This document shows positions 27,276 through 37,361 of a DNA stretch of 64,000 nt, piece by piece. The stretch is from a virus, in the IMG/VR virus record IMGVR_UViG_3300037488_003551, positions 64,001-128,000 of that record; one strand, given 5' to 3'. Under the pieces are notes generated by a model. It was not told the DNA's origin. It saw nothing but the letters and a program-made list of their open reading frames with translations, and searched no databases. The position numbers and the translations under genes are program-made. Every line of letters begins with the position of its first letter. Within the stretch, counting starts at the first letter, position 1.

Positions 27276-28325
27276 GTGTCCAAACCCTATCGTGAACGCG
27301 CAGAGCTTTTTGCCCAAAACCCTCAAGGGCGTATTTACGGCGGCTTTTATCCGGGGCAAGGCTTTGGGACGTTTGGTGGAGGGGTAGACTCTGGAGAAGA
27401 CCCACAGGAAGCCGCAGCACGTGAGTTTCAAGAGGAGTCGGGTTATCCCGTATCCAACGTGCGCCCAGCCCCTGTCGACCCCTACGTCGAGGATTGGAAG
27501 CCTCTATCGAAGAAGCCTGAGTACGCTAACGACCCCAAGTTCCAAGAACGTTTTAAGAAGTTCAAGGGTTCACGTACTCATTATTATTTAGGGGATATTG
27601 CTGGAAAGCGTAAATCTAAAGGTTCAAACGACTCGGCCTATCCTTTTGAGTCTGTCCGATTTCGCGCAGCACCAACTGTTATCTCCAAGCATGAGAAAGA
27701 TTTGCAGTCGGTTACTGACCCTATAGATGTCGCACGATTACAGCAGCGTTTGGCTGTGTTGCGAAGTCTTCAAGGGACTACAAAAGAAGCGGAGGTTTTA
27801 CCCGTGAGCGTTTTTTCAGCGGCAGGATATCAGGCTGCTTTTGAGAAGTTGGCGCTTCCTCGCTGGGAGCAGATGGCTAGGAAGTTCCCGGAGATATTGG
27901 AGGGCAAGGATCTCCTAAAGTATCGACTGCGCAGTTACTTACAGGCAAAGGATAAATGGAATACGTTATATCCTCGTACTCCGACTAGAGACGCACGTGC
28001 TATGTATGACAGGGATTTCTTTCCTAAAGACATACGTGACTTTAATAGGGGACTTAACTCTGACGACCTATTTAATCTGCGTGGGCGAAGCCAAATAGCT
28101 CCATTAAAGTATCCCTATCCTGAATTAAAAAATACACCTTTTCAGGAACGGGCATTAGAGGCGTATAAGAAGCTCCCACTCGAGGCGGGTGGTCTTACGC
28201 GGAAAGAGCGTGTACGGGAACTCTGGAAGCGGGATAAGCCTATTAGTTCTATAAGGGATAAAGCATTATACCAACCAGAAAGTGATTTTGTTCGCGCTAC
28301 TCGACCTATAATGTCCACGTTATAG
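27276..28325 (+). CDS. NUDIX hydrolase fused via KEA/KLA motifs to an unknown domain
   Basis: Nudix box GGGVDSGEDPQEAAAREFQEESGY. Confidence 0.85.
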   Translation: MSKPYRERAELFAQNPQGRIYGGFYPGQGFGTFGGGVDSGEDPQEAAAREFQEESGYPVSNVRPAPVDPYVEDWKPLSKKPEYANDPKFQERFKKFKGSRTHYYLGDIAGKRKSKGSNDSAYPFESVRFRAAPTVISKHEKDLQSVTDPIDVARLQQRLAVLRSLQGTTKEAEVLPVSVFSAAGYQAAFEKLALPRWEQMARKFPEILEGKDLLKYRLRSYLQAKDKWNTLYPRTPTRDARAMYDRDFFPKDIRDFNRGLNSDDLFNLRGRSQIAPLKYPYPELKNTPFQERALEAYKKLPLEAGGLTRKERVRELWKRDKPISSIRDKALYQPESDFVRATRPIMSTL

Positions 28326-28358
28326 GGCAATGTAAAATTAGTGCGGAGGTACGTAGAT

Positions 28359-29279
28359 ATGCCCTTCAAATCCAAATCTCAGCAGAGATTCATGTTCGCC
28401 TCCGAGGCTGAGGGCGAGCTTCCCAAAGGTACGGCTAAGCGCTGGGCGAATGAAACAGAGAAAAAGAAGGGCGGCATCGAAGCGCTGCCGGAGAAGGTGA
28501 AGCCTTCTAAGAAGACGGCAAGCGCTATTGCTGGGGTTATTTTGGAAAAGCGTGGGGATGCTGCTGGCCGTGATTACGCGGAAGAACCAGAAGAGCTTCT
28601 ACTTCAACGGCGTGCTGCAGCAAAGAATTTAATGTTATACTATTTAAATAATTCGAATTCTTTTCAGCAAAAAAAGGATGGAGTAACAGACATATATTCG
28701 CAGCAGCTACCAGAAGAGCTACATACACAGGTTCGAGAGGCTTTTAAGGGGTATAGACCCTTTCCACGTAAGGAGGCTAGTGTTCAAATGGCTAATCGTA
28801 TCGGAGCTTTGTCCAGTTTTGTGAAGAATGCAGCGAATCCTTTTTATGATGACGGCAGGCAATCGGAGCGTCTCGACCCCAAAACAGTAGGTCTTTTGAG
28901 CGCGTTACCGATTGATGTCCTAGGTCCCATAGCGTCAGGATTGGGCGCACCTAAGGGCAGAGGTGCAGCGGCCGTTGGTGGAAATATTGTCGGTCAACTA
29001 GGAGGCGCTGCATTAGGAGCAGGAGCAGGCGTAGGGTTGGGTTCTCTAGGTGCTCTCCTAGGAATTAAAGACCCAGAACTTCTCCAGGGTATATTAGGTG
29101 GCGCTGGTCTTCTTGCAGGAAAAGGTATCGGAGGTGGCTATGGTTATCATTTAGCCACTAAAGATGCGGTTAGAAAAGAGGCCGCTTGCGCTTCGAGCCC
29201 ATCCTCTTCTAAGCCCAAAAAAATGAAGAAATCTCCAAAAGAGATTGCGAATAAAGTTTGGACATCCAAAAAAAAATGA
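28359..29279 (+). CDS. KxA-motif, Gly-zipper putative virion internal protein
   Basis: MPFKSKSQQRFMFA N-terminus; KTA/KEA/KNA motifs; GxxxG hydrophobic segment. Confidence 0.7.
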   Translation: MPFKSKSQQRFMFASEAEGELPKGTAKRWANETEKKKGGIEALPEKVKPSKKTASAIAGVILEKRGDAAGRDYAEEPEELLLQRRAAAKNLMLYYLNNSNSFQQKKDGVTDIYSQQLPEELHTQVREAFKGYRPFPRKEASVQMANRIGALSSFVKNAANPFYDDGRQSERLDPKTVGLLSALPIDVLGPIASGLGAPKGRGAAAVGGNIVGQLGGAALGAGAGVGLGSLGALLGIKDPELLQGILGGAGLLAGKGIGGGYGYHLATKDAVRKEAACASSPSSSKPKKMKKSPKEIANKVWTSKKK

Positions 29280-30223
29280 AAAATTCAATTGAAAAAATTG
29301 CTGCGCGTGTATTGGAAAAACAAGAGATAACTAAAGCTCTCCCAAGCGCGACTAAATACGATGAGTCTCGTACGAAATTACCCCTTGGCACGATGGCGGG
29401 TACAGTAGGTGCTGGTTTCTTAGGTAATTTGGCGGTTGCACGCCATATAATGCCCGACTGGCTTCCTCCTGGGGAGGATATGCTACCAGATATGGAATTT
29501 GATATGCCGGATGGTTCTAAATGGTCACCCCCAAAAAAGACATATCCGACAGAGATAGACCAAAAACATTTATATGATTCTTTAGATGAGTCTATGTGGT
29601 CTAAGCATGTAGGTGGCAAGCCCGTGCTACATCATAGAGATCCTCTATTCCAAGGAACGAGGGGTCCTTATTCCATGAATCTTAATGATTTACCTGAAGT
29701 GGTGCGTGACTCGATGCGTGATACTGCGAAATTTGATGTGGATAAACCTTATGTGTATGTTCCACGTACATCATCACCGGAGATATTAGCGCATGAACTC
29801 GGTCACAGTTTGGAGTCTAGGCCGTTGCACTATGCGCGTATGCTAGGCGGAATTACGATGTCAAAGCCCTGGGCTATTCCTGCAAATATTGCTTCTGTTC
29901 TTGCATATAGAGCGGACAAAAAACATCCAGGATTAAGTGATGCTACCGTATATGGGTTAGGCGGAGCAGGGGCTTTAGGATTGGGTGCAACCTTAGGCAA
30001 TGAATTTGGTGCTAGTCTTAAAGGGTATAAATTGATGAAGCAGGTAGGTTTGAAACCGCGAGTTGGAAAAGCTTTTATTCCTAATTTGTCATATCTCACA
30101 ATGGGAGCTTTAATGAACGGCATCCCGATGACATTAGCAGCTAAGAGATTCATAGACAATAGAAAGCGTGATTCTTTAGAGCGTGCAGCACAGGCTCCTA
30201 CTCCGGGACTATTGCGTAAGTAA
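29276..30223 (+). CDS. Membrane-associated HExxH zinc metallopeptidase with KIA motif
   Basis: ILAHELGH plus downstream NEFGAS..G; hydrophobic Gly-rich helices. Confidence 0.75.
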   Translation: MKNSIEKIAARVLEKQEITKALPSATKYDESRTKLPLGTMAGTVGAGFLGNLAVARHIMPDWLPPGEDMLPDMEFDMPDGSKWSPPKKTYPTEIDQKHLYDSLDESMWSKHVGGKPVLHHRDPLFQGTRGPYSMNLNDLPEVVRDSMRDTAKFDVDKPYVYVPRTSSPEILAHELGHSLESRPLHYARMLGGITMSKPWAIPANIASVLAYRADKKHPGLSDATVYGLGGAGALGLGATLGNEFGASLKGYKLMKQVGLKPRVGKAFIPNLSYLTMGALMNGIPMTLAAKRFIDNRKRDSLERAAQAPTPGLLRK

Positions 30224-30243
30224 AAAAGAAAGGAGGCTTTATA

Positions 30244-31734
30244 GTGGACAATTCTATGCTCGACAAAGCCCTCGGCTTCATTTCGTCTGTGCAAGATGCG
30301 CGTAAAGAGGGCCGAGATGAGCTCATGCGAACTATTCTCCCTGAGGTGTTGCAGCCTGAGGAATTAAAACAGGCTGCTGCCCCTATGAAGGAGGAAGCCT
30401 CCAAGACGCTCCATGCGCCTAAGTACGACAGGCGTATGAAGTTCAACACTGCCCTCGAGCGAAGTCAGAACAAGGCGACAAGCGAGGAGCCAGTACGGGC
30501 TGAAGAAGACCCGGCGTGGTTGAAGGAGGCAGCGGAGAAGGTTGCTATTTCGGAAGGACTTGCTATCAGAGCTCTTACACGTGCGACGGAGGGTGCTACT
30601 GATGCGGCATCTGCTTTTAAAGCAATAAATAAATACCCGCGTATTAATTTACGAGCCCAAGGTGTAACGGACCCTACGATAAGGCGAGAAGCCTTACCAT
30701 ATTTTAAGGAGTATACTGAAGCCGCTTCGCAGGTTGCTAATCCAGCAGCACTTACACCAGAAATGTCTGAAAGTCTTTTTTCTCGTCTATTTTCGTCTCA
30801 AAATAGATTGGGAGAAATTCTTGGCAAGCAAGCTGGTGATCCAGATTTTGATGGCATCACGGGAAGAGAAGGCGTGGTCACAGTTGAGGATGAGCTCGAG
30901 CGCACGCCTCCGCTGCCTATCGAAGAGCCAATGGAATATGACGTGGCGAATAAGCCTGTAATGCAGAAGTTGGCTCTTGCTGACCCCCCCCCAGTAAATA
31001 AAGGAATTTTCGAAGTAGCTGAACCTACAGCATCAGAAAAAGCTCTACCTATCGTAGGTGGCCTAAGCGCGGGTATCCTCCCCCTGACTGGAGCTTTTTT
31101 TAATCCAAATCCTTCGCTGAAATCTTTAGGAGTCGCAGGATTGGCTAGCGCTGGATTCGGGTTGGGAACTTACGGCCTCTTGCGGCATAGACAGAATAAG
31201 CATCGAGAACAAGCTCAGAAATTCGTTGATCGCCTTAATGCTGTGGCACGTTCTCCCATGGAAGATTTTGCGAGAGCTGAAATTGAGAATGTAAATAAGA
31301 CCGCCGCTTATCCCGAGGATGAGTCTTTCACTCAGCGTCATCCCTGGGTTCTTCCTGCGGGCGTAGGCCTTCTTGGGGCGGCAGCGGGGGCAATTCCAGG
31401 AGGACTTTTAGGCGGAAGGCACGCAGTAAAATCTGTTACGAAGCGTTATAATAAACGCTTGGCGGACCTAGGTACTGAATTCTCAGATGCTACTAACATC
31501 TACGGAGGAGCGGCTGCAGGTAAAGCAACATCTAAAGCTAAACTAGATGAATTAGAGCGTGCTGCACGCGACGCGGAAAAGGCTTTCGCCAAAGCTACCG
31601 AAAACAAACCCGACCTCGGGTATCACAAAGCTTTAGGCCATGTCGGCGGCGGCACCCTCGGGGGCCTCACGGGCGGTTCCCTTGGCGTGCTCGGGGGCTT
31701 AGCTGCCAACAAGCCCCAGCCCTGGGAACAGTAG
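30244..31734 (+). CDS. KxA-motif, Gly-zipper putative virion internal polyprotein
   Basis: KQA, KEA, KVA, KQA, KLA, KTA separating segments; several GxxxG helices. Confidence 0.7.
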   Translation: MDNSMLDKALGFISSVQDARKEGRDELMRTILPEVLQPEELKQAAAPMKEEASKTLHAPKYDRRMKFNTALERSQNKATSEEPVRAEEDPAWLKEAAEKVAISEGLAIRALTRATEGATDAASAFKAINKYPRINLRAQGVTDPTIRREALPYFKEYTEAASQVANPAALTPEMSESLFSRLFSSQNRLGEILGKQAGDPDFDGITGREGVVTVEDELERTPPLPIEEPMEYDVANKPVMQKLALADPPPVNKGIFEVAEPTASEKALPIVGGLSAGILPLTGAFFNPNPSLKSLGVAGLASAGFGLGTYGLLRHRQNKHREQAQKFVDRLNAVARSPMEDFARAEIENVNKTAAYPEDESFTQRHPWVLPAGVGLLGAAAGAIPGGLLGGRHAVKSVTKRYNKRLADLGTEFSDATNIYGGAAAGKATSKAKLDELERAARDAEKAFAKATENKPDLGYHKALGHVGGGTLGGLTGGSLGVLGGLAANKPQPWEQ

Positions 31735-31801
31735 ACGCTCACCACTCCCTTCTCCTATAATTCTCCAGCACTATTCGTTTTCTAAGAGGAGGCGTCCGCC
31801 G

Positions 31802-32671
31802 ATGTCGAATAAGATTGACCTTTCAGGCGGGTTCAATCGCTTGAAGCCCCATAACATTGCGGAAACCAAGAACGCAATGTTTGCTCATGCGAAGACCTAC
31901 GCGAACCGCACAGCCCGGGAGGCGGATGCCACGCTCACCGCGGACGATATAAATACCGTCGCTATCCAAACTAACGAAAAGTCGATGTGGCTTTTGACAG
32001 CGAATGGTCCTCCTCCAGTGTGGGTAGAGCTCCCCGTGGCCTATGTCGCTCCCACGTTTTCAGCGTTTGCTATCGCAACCCAGACTACGCCACTCGAGGT
32101 CGGGGACACGATTGCTGCCGCCAGGACGTTTACCTGGACAACGACTACACCCACTAGTCTCGAGGCAAATTCGATAGACCTCGCTGACACAACCCTCGGT
32201 CTTTCTATCGCTACGGGTTTAGCAGACGACGGCACGCAAGCCACAGCCTATCCCGCAGCTCCAATTCAAAAGACCTCGGCTCTCTCACACGTTTTTGGGG
32301 TACGGGGTTACACGAGCCGCGGGTCTTCGATTATTCGAAGCTACACTGTGTCTTGGTATTGGAGACGCTTTTCGGGCACGAGTGCTTTGACCAGTCTCAA
32401 TGAAGTGCAGGTTGAGGCGCTTACAACGAGTGCTTTGGCCAGTGGATTTGCCGGCACCTATGTCCTCGGGGCGAACGATTACAAGTACATCTGTTACGCC
32501 GCAGCTCTCGGCACAGCCACATCTTTCGTAGATGCGGGAACAGGTTTTGCTGTTGCGATGAATGCTCCGGACACGGTCTCTCTGACCAATGCTTTTGGAC
32601 AAACGACCAACTATAACGTGCATCGGACGACCAACACAATCGTGTCGGCCATTAACATCGTGGTGGCGTAA
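31802..32671 (+). CDS. Putative tail/virion structural protein (Thr/Ala-rich, beta-rich)
   Basis: GAGGAGG RBS; first gene of fibre cluster. Confidence 0.65.
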   Translation: MSNKIDLSGGFNRLKPHNIAETKNAMFAHAKTYANRTAREADATLTADDINTVAIQTNEKSMWLLTANGPPPVWVELPVAYVAPTFSAFAIATQTTPLEVGDTIAAARTFTWTTTTPTSLEANSIDLADTTLGLSIATGLADDGTQATAYPAAPIQKTSALSHVFGVRGYTSRGSSIIRSYTVSWYWRRFSGTSALTSLNEVQVEALTTSALASGFAGTYVLGANDYKYICYAAALGTATSFVDAGTGFAVAMNAPDTVSLTNAFGQTTNYNVHRTTNTIVSAINIVVA

Positions 32672-35600
32672 TGACAGCAATACCCGGAAGCGTTCGTGTA
32701 ACAGGTTTTCTCGCTCCCTCGGATTCGGCTGATACCTACGCGGTCACGGATGACACGTACCATCGAGGCGGTTTTCGTCCAGTTGCTGATGCGGCTGCGC
32801 GCGATGCGATAACAGAAGGCCGGCGCAAGGTCGGCATGCTCGTTTACTGCATCGCTGAGGACAAGTATTACCAGTGCACGGTTGCGACGACGCCTCCTAC
32901 TTGGGCAGAGGCTGCTTTTGGTGGTGATACCCGAGAGGGCGTTTGCGAGTTGGTCACTGCCAATCGTATGGTTCTCCCAGCGGACAACCGCCTTTTCCTA
33001 GAGTCCGATGCTGCAGGCAGCTCTGTAACGCCTATCGGAATGACGATTGACCAGGCCCCCTTTGTTCTTTTGGATGATGAAGGCTGGCAGGTCACGTTTA
33101 AAGTTGGTATGAACGACGATGGTGACCCCGTCCCTGTTTTTGCGGCCTGCTCTACAAGCGAGATGTCCATCGATGATGCGACGTTCATCCAGACGCTTTA
33201 TAGCGCGCAGCTGGGTGATTATCTAACCGTCCGGTATGCGTATGCTGGAGCTCGTCGTGGACGTTTTCTCGTTGTGGGCGGTAAGGGCACGTGGACGGAT
33301 GACCTAGGCGGCGTCCATGTTTTTGGCAGCTCGGGAGCTATTAACGTTGCTACGACCATGTATGTCGATGGCACGGCCGGCGACGACGGCAACGATGGTC
33401 TCGCGTGGCTTACCGCGAAAAAGACCTTCGGCTTTCTCATTGCTGGCGCGACCGATGCCATTTCGCACGAGATCAATGCCGTACTGACCATCAACTTCCG
33501 CAACGACATCCGAGCTCGAGACGCCAACGGGCATCTTGTCCTAAAAGGGTTCTACGGCACAGGACGAATTGATTTTGTCGGCACGCTCACTGCGGTTGAG
33601 ACTTTCACGGCGACCACTTACGAGAATGACCCCGCAGTACGTAGCTCTCGAGTCTGGATTCAGGACGGCACCAAGTCATGGACTCCAGGGCAATGGCGGC
33701 GGCACTTCGTCGGCTTGGCTCCTGGCTCGGCTTCCTACCCTGTTTATGACAACGATGCGACCACACTCAACCTTGCGCTGCACGCGAGTCTCGTAGGAGC
33801 GCCAGCAGGAACGATCTACAAAGCGCCTGAGTTGCTGGAGGAGTTGGAATCCGACCCTGGCGTCAAGTACGACTTCGGCACATTTCCATCGATATATTTT
33901 GGCATAAGGAATTGCGGAGTGCCTGTGGCCATAAGCAACCTCTGGGTTGATGAGGCGATGTCGTCAAACGACGGGCCTGTCTTCAGAGATTGCTATGAAG
34001 TGAACCTGTACCGGGTGGCGTTCACAACGATGTCCACTTCCTACATAACTTCCATCAATCACTTCGGCTGCTACTACAATCTGTCGAACAACAGCTACGT
34101 TCTTGACGGGTACAGCTATTCGAGCTTTTCGAACTGCGCGCTTCATTCCCTGGATGACACTGGCTGGGGCTACAACTCATACGGTCACTCTTCGGCATAT
34201 TTCTACCACTGCATCTTCAGCCGACAACTGTTCGGCGTGTACCTCTCGCACTTCGGTGCTGTTCTATTTCAAGAGGGAGTCTATTTTGAAGACTGCGATC
34301 TCGGTGTCGGGACAGCAGGTGGAGTTGTCGAGCTTGTGCATCCCGGTGGGGTTACGCCGCAGGTGCGGTTTGATACATGCGACAAGGCAATTCAGGGCAC
34401 CGGCTTATTGTTGCGCCTGGACTCGACAGAGGTTGCTGTTTGGGACGTCGGCACGGAGATCGTGTTCGGCACAGATGACGAGGGCACATTCGCGGAGCTG
34501 TCCGCGAAGACGCTCAAAGGTCGCGCGGGTTTGAATGTCATCTATTCCAATGTGGACTTCGACCTCAACGTTCCCAACGAGTATGACAACACGACTTCGG
34601 AGCTCTACGCTGTTAATTATCAGGATGCCATCGACGAGGTTGCAGCTGCAGGCGGTAAAGGAACCTATCTCGCTACGTTCACAGAGACAAACATAGACCT
34701 TGTCGACGATACTGATTTTACGGCAATAGAACTAAGCAGTTTCTGGACTGAGGGTATGGGTTATACGCTCGAGATTACTCCAACGTCCGCCACAGGAAAT
34801 TTGACGGTCATTCTTTATCAGGATGCAGCACGTCTAGTCCCTGTGTACATGTTGATTTCAGATTTGAGTGACGCAGATACTTGGCGTTCTTCTGAGGCTT
34901 TTGGTTTTGAGCTCGAGACAGCGGGCACCCTTTATGGAACAGCTTTTGTTTCAGGGGCAGAGCCCGGTAAGGTTTTTAGTATCAGCCTTTCGACTGTAGT
35001 CGTGCAGCCTGTTGATCCACCAGAGCCTCTCACGGGTCCTTATGGAGACGGCATCGAGGACGATGGTGGCGGCCTGCCCCGCATCGCGTTCCCGAGCGAT
35101 GGTGGGTTTGCTTTTGTGAGCCATAAGCTCGAGCTCAAGCCCGACATCACAGCGGATGTGTACCCGACCCTGACCGCCGCGGGCGTCGCTATTACGGGCG
35201 CGGTCACGACGACCACAGATGAGGACGTGCCGGCCAAGAAGCGATTCACCGCTGTGGGTATGGACTACCTCGCCGCGAACGGTCCTCCGGTAGCTGGGAC
35301 GTACCTGGCAGGGCATGAGGTCCTCGACCTCTCGGGAGTCAAGTGGCGCTGCATTTCAGACGGTACACCGGGCACGTGGGTATTGGTGGACTTCGTTGCG
35401 GATGATGTCGCTGACTATGAGACGGCGCTACTTACTCCAGGAGATTCTGAGGTCGTTGAAATTCTAACGACTGGTGATGTTGGCTATTTTCAGCATATTC
35501 AAATTTGGGGAGTTGTAGCTACAGCAGCTGAGTACTCGAGCGAGTTCCGTGCGCGCATCTATCAAACCTCGAATATTTTAGGGCGGGAGATGGTTTGGCA

Positions 35601-35997
35601 GGGTGTCGGTACCGTGCGTCAATCTTATTTGACGGTACTTCTTCCCGCTGCTACTGCGTCTGCCACCGTAGATAATGAAGATGTTTTTGATACGGATGAA
35701 GCCTGCGTGGTCTTTGAAGATAATACGCGTTACGAATTAGCACGTATAAACAGCAGAAGTACCGCGACGGTTTCTTTTGATGAGGTTTTAGTGGACCCTT
35801 CATCCTGGGCAATCAACACATTAGTTTGTAGCTCTGCTCAGTTTGACATGGTTCCTTTCAGGAATACAGACGGGACTCCGGCGAATCGCCGTCGAGCATT
35901 TTTGCATATTCGAAATGATAGCGCGGGAAATGAAGTGGTATTTTTTATCCGCGTTATGCCTATGAGTACGGGCATTATTGGGGGAGGTTTGGCATGA
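32671..35997 (+). CDS. Tail fibre/spike protein with beta-helix module
   Basis: YVDGTAGDDGNDGLAWLTAKKT and EYDNTTS..A.NYQDAIDEV repeats; RRKVGMLVY motif. Confidence 0.75.
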   Translation: MTAIPGSVRVTGFLAPSDSADTYAVTDDTYHRGGFRPVADAAARDAITEGRRKVGMLVYCIAEDKYYQCTVATTPPTWAEAAFGGDTREGVCELVTANRMVLPADNRLFLESDAAGSSVTPIGMTIDQAPFVLLDDEGWQVTFKVGMNDDGDPVPVFAACSTSEMSIDDATFIQTLYSAQLGDYLTVRYAYAGARRGRFLVVGGKGTWTDDLGGVHVFGSSGAINVATTMYVDGTAGDDGNDGLAWLTAKKTFGFLIAGATDAISHEINAVLTINFRNDIRARDANGHLVLKGFYGTGRIDFVGTLTAVETFTATTYENDPAVRSSRVWIQDGTKSWTPGQWRRHFVGLAPGSASYPVYDNDATTLNLALHASLVGAPAGTIYKAPELLEELESDPGVKYDFGTFPSIYFGIRNCGVPVAISNLWVDEAMSSNDGPVFRDCYEVNLYRVAFTTMSTSYITSINHFGCYYNLSNNSYVLDGYSYSSFSNCALHSLDDTGWGYNSYGHSSAYFYHCIFSRQLFGVYLSHFGAVLFQEGVYFEDCDLGVGTAGGVVELVHPGGVTPQVRFDTCDKAIQGTGLLLRLDSTEVAVWDVGTEIVFGTDDEGTFAELSAKTLKGRAGLNVIYSNVDFDLNVPNEYDNTTSELYAVNYQDAIDEVAAAGGKGTYLATFTETNIDLVDDTDFTAIELSSFWTEGMGYTLEITPTSATGNLTVILYQDAARLVPVYMLISDLSDADTWRSSEAFGFELETAGTLYGTAFVSGAEPGKVFSISLSTVVVQPVDPPEPLTGPYGDGIEDDGGGLPRIAFPSDGGFAFVSHKLELKPDITADVYPTLTAAGVAITGAVTTTTDEDVPAKKRFTAVGMDYLAANGPPVAGTYLAGHEVLDLSGVKWRCISDGTPGTWVLVDFVADDVADYETALLTPGDSEVVEILTTGDVGYFQHIQIWGVVATAAEYSSEFRARIYQTSNILGREMVWQGVGTVRQSYLTVLLPAATASATVDNEDVFDTDEACVVFEDNTRYELARINSRSTATVSFDEVLVDPSSWAINTLVCSSAQFDMVPFRNTDGTPANRRRAFLHIRNDSAGNEVVFFIRVMPMSTGIIGGGLA

Positions 35998-37361
35998 GAG
36001 GGACTTTGGTAGGAACAGGCGAACAAGCTATTCTTAATCTCAAGCCTGCTTTATATTGGGATGCTCGAATGGCTCAACATGCTATTGGTCCTTCCAGGTA
36101 TGGAACTTCCCTAATACCTATAGAAGTCTATGAAACTACGAGCCAGGTTAGCACAGCACAGTGGCTGACGATGCGTGACGATAAGCGCATGGGATTCATG
36201 AAAAATGGCATCGATACAAATGCCGGAAAAGATGAATGCTTAGGTTCTGTCGGAGCTTTCTACGCTTCCACTACGAATTATTTTACAGCTTATACTACTT
36301 CTAAGTATGGCTTTGCGGTTGTTACTCCAACTGACCCTTCACAGCTCACGGAAGATGCTGCTGAATTCCCGGATGTCGTCCGTGACCCCGCTATTGCAAC
36401 GAGTCGTTATCGTATCTTTCTCGATACGTCTATAGATGCAGTAAACGATTGTGTGATGGAGAAATCACAGACTCGTAGTAGTACGTTTGTTCGTACTTTC
36501 CAGGTTCTTGTGCGTAATACAAACGGTTCCACTGACCCAAGTAGTCTCATAGAATTGGGTTGGAATAGTACAGCGGGGACACGGACTACTGTCGCAACTC
36601 AGTTTCGATATCTAGGATTTAATGGGTGGTATGCGGCAAGTATTCTAGTAGAGGCAGGCGGCACAACGGGATATCTTTCAATAAAGGCGACTGCTGATAC
36701 GGCTGTTTGGGAGATAGCTCTTCCACTCTGGTTTACTTCAACGGCGTCAATAGAGCGTATTACTCGTTCAGGTTTTTCGGCTGTGAGCGGTGCACGTTAT
36801 AAGTACGCGGTTAGAACGCCAGCTGACCTCGTTTTAAGGTCTAATGGCTGGCTGGCGATGAGTATCGTTCTCCCTGATAGGTCCGTGAGTAATGGGCATA
36901 CGGATAATCTTGGGAATGCTAACTATAGATTCATGGGTCTATTTGATTTATCGGCTAGTACATGGAGGCTTAGGGCTTCTATGAGTGATACGTATGACCG
37001 AGTAGTTGTTACGCTCGGAGACACAAGCGGGACTAATTTTGCATTCTTAGACGGTCCATCTGATTGGGATGATTTCGCCGGGTTGGGGATTGTTGCAACG
37101 TGGTATACATCGAACGAAAGTACTTTCGCAGCTCTTTATGTCAACGGAGTACGGATGGATTCTATTCAAGATCCATTGACTTGGTACCCACAAATAGGAC
37201 CAGTTGGAAAAATAATAATCGGTAACAGCGCAGAAGATGGCACTTCTGCGGAGACCTTTATTTCGCGGGTAGCTTTCGGGAACAATCGTTTGCACCGGTC
37301 AACAGCTAGGATGCTCTCAAATCATATGTATAAGTTAGCGCGAGGAAAAAATCCAATATGA
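35994..37361 (+). CDS. Tail protein with C-terminal LamG/concanavalin-like domain
   Basis: IVATW...ALYVNG...IIIGN...ISRVAF pattern. Confidence 0.6.
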   Translation: MRGTLVGTGEQAILNLKPALYWDARMAQHAIGPSRYGTSLIPIEVYETTSQVSTAQWLTMRDDKRMGFMKNGIDTNAGKDECLGSVGAFYASTTNYFTAYTTSKYGFAVVTPTDPSQLTEDAAEFPDVVRDPAIATSRYRIFLDTSIDAVNDCVMEKSQTRSSTFVRTFQVLVRNTNGSTDPSSLIELGWNSTAGTRTTVATQFRYLGFNGWYAASILVEAGGTTGYLSIKATADTAVWEIALPLWFTSTASIERITRSGFSAVSGARYKYAVRTPADLVLRSNGWLAMSIVLPDRSVSNGHTDNLGNANYRFMGLFDLSASTWRLRASMSDTYDRVVVTLGDTSGTNFAFLDGPSDWDDFAGLGIVATWYTSNESTFAALYVNGVRMDSIQDPLTWYPQIGPVGKIIIGNSAEDGTSAETFISRVAFGNNRLHRSTARMLSNHMYKLARGKNPI

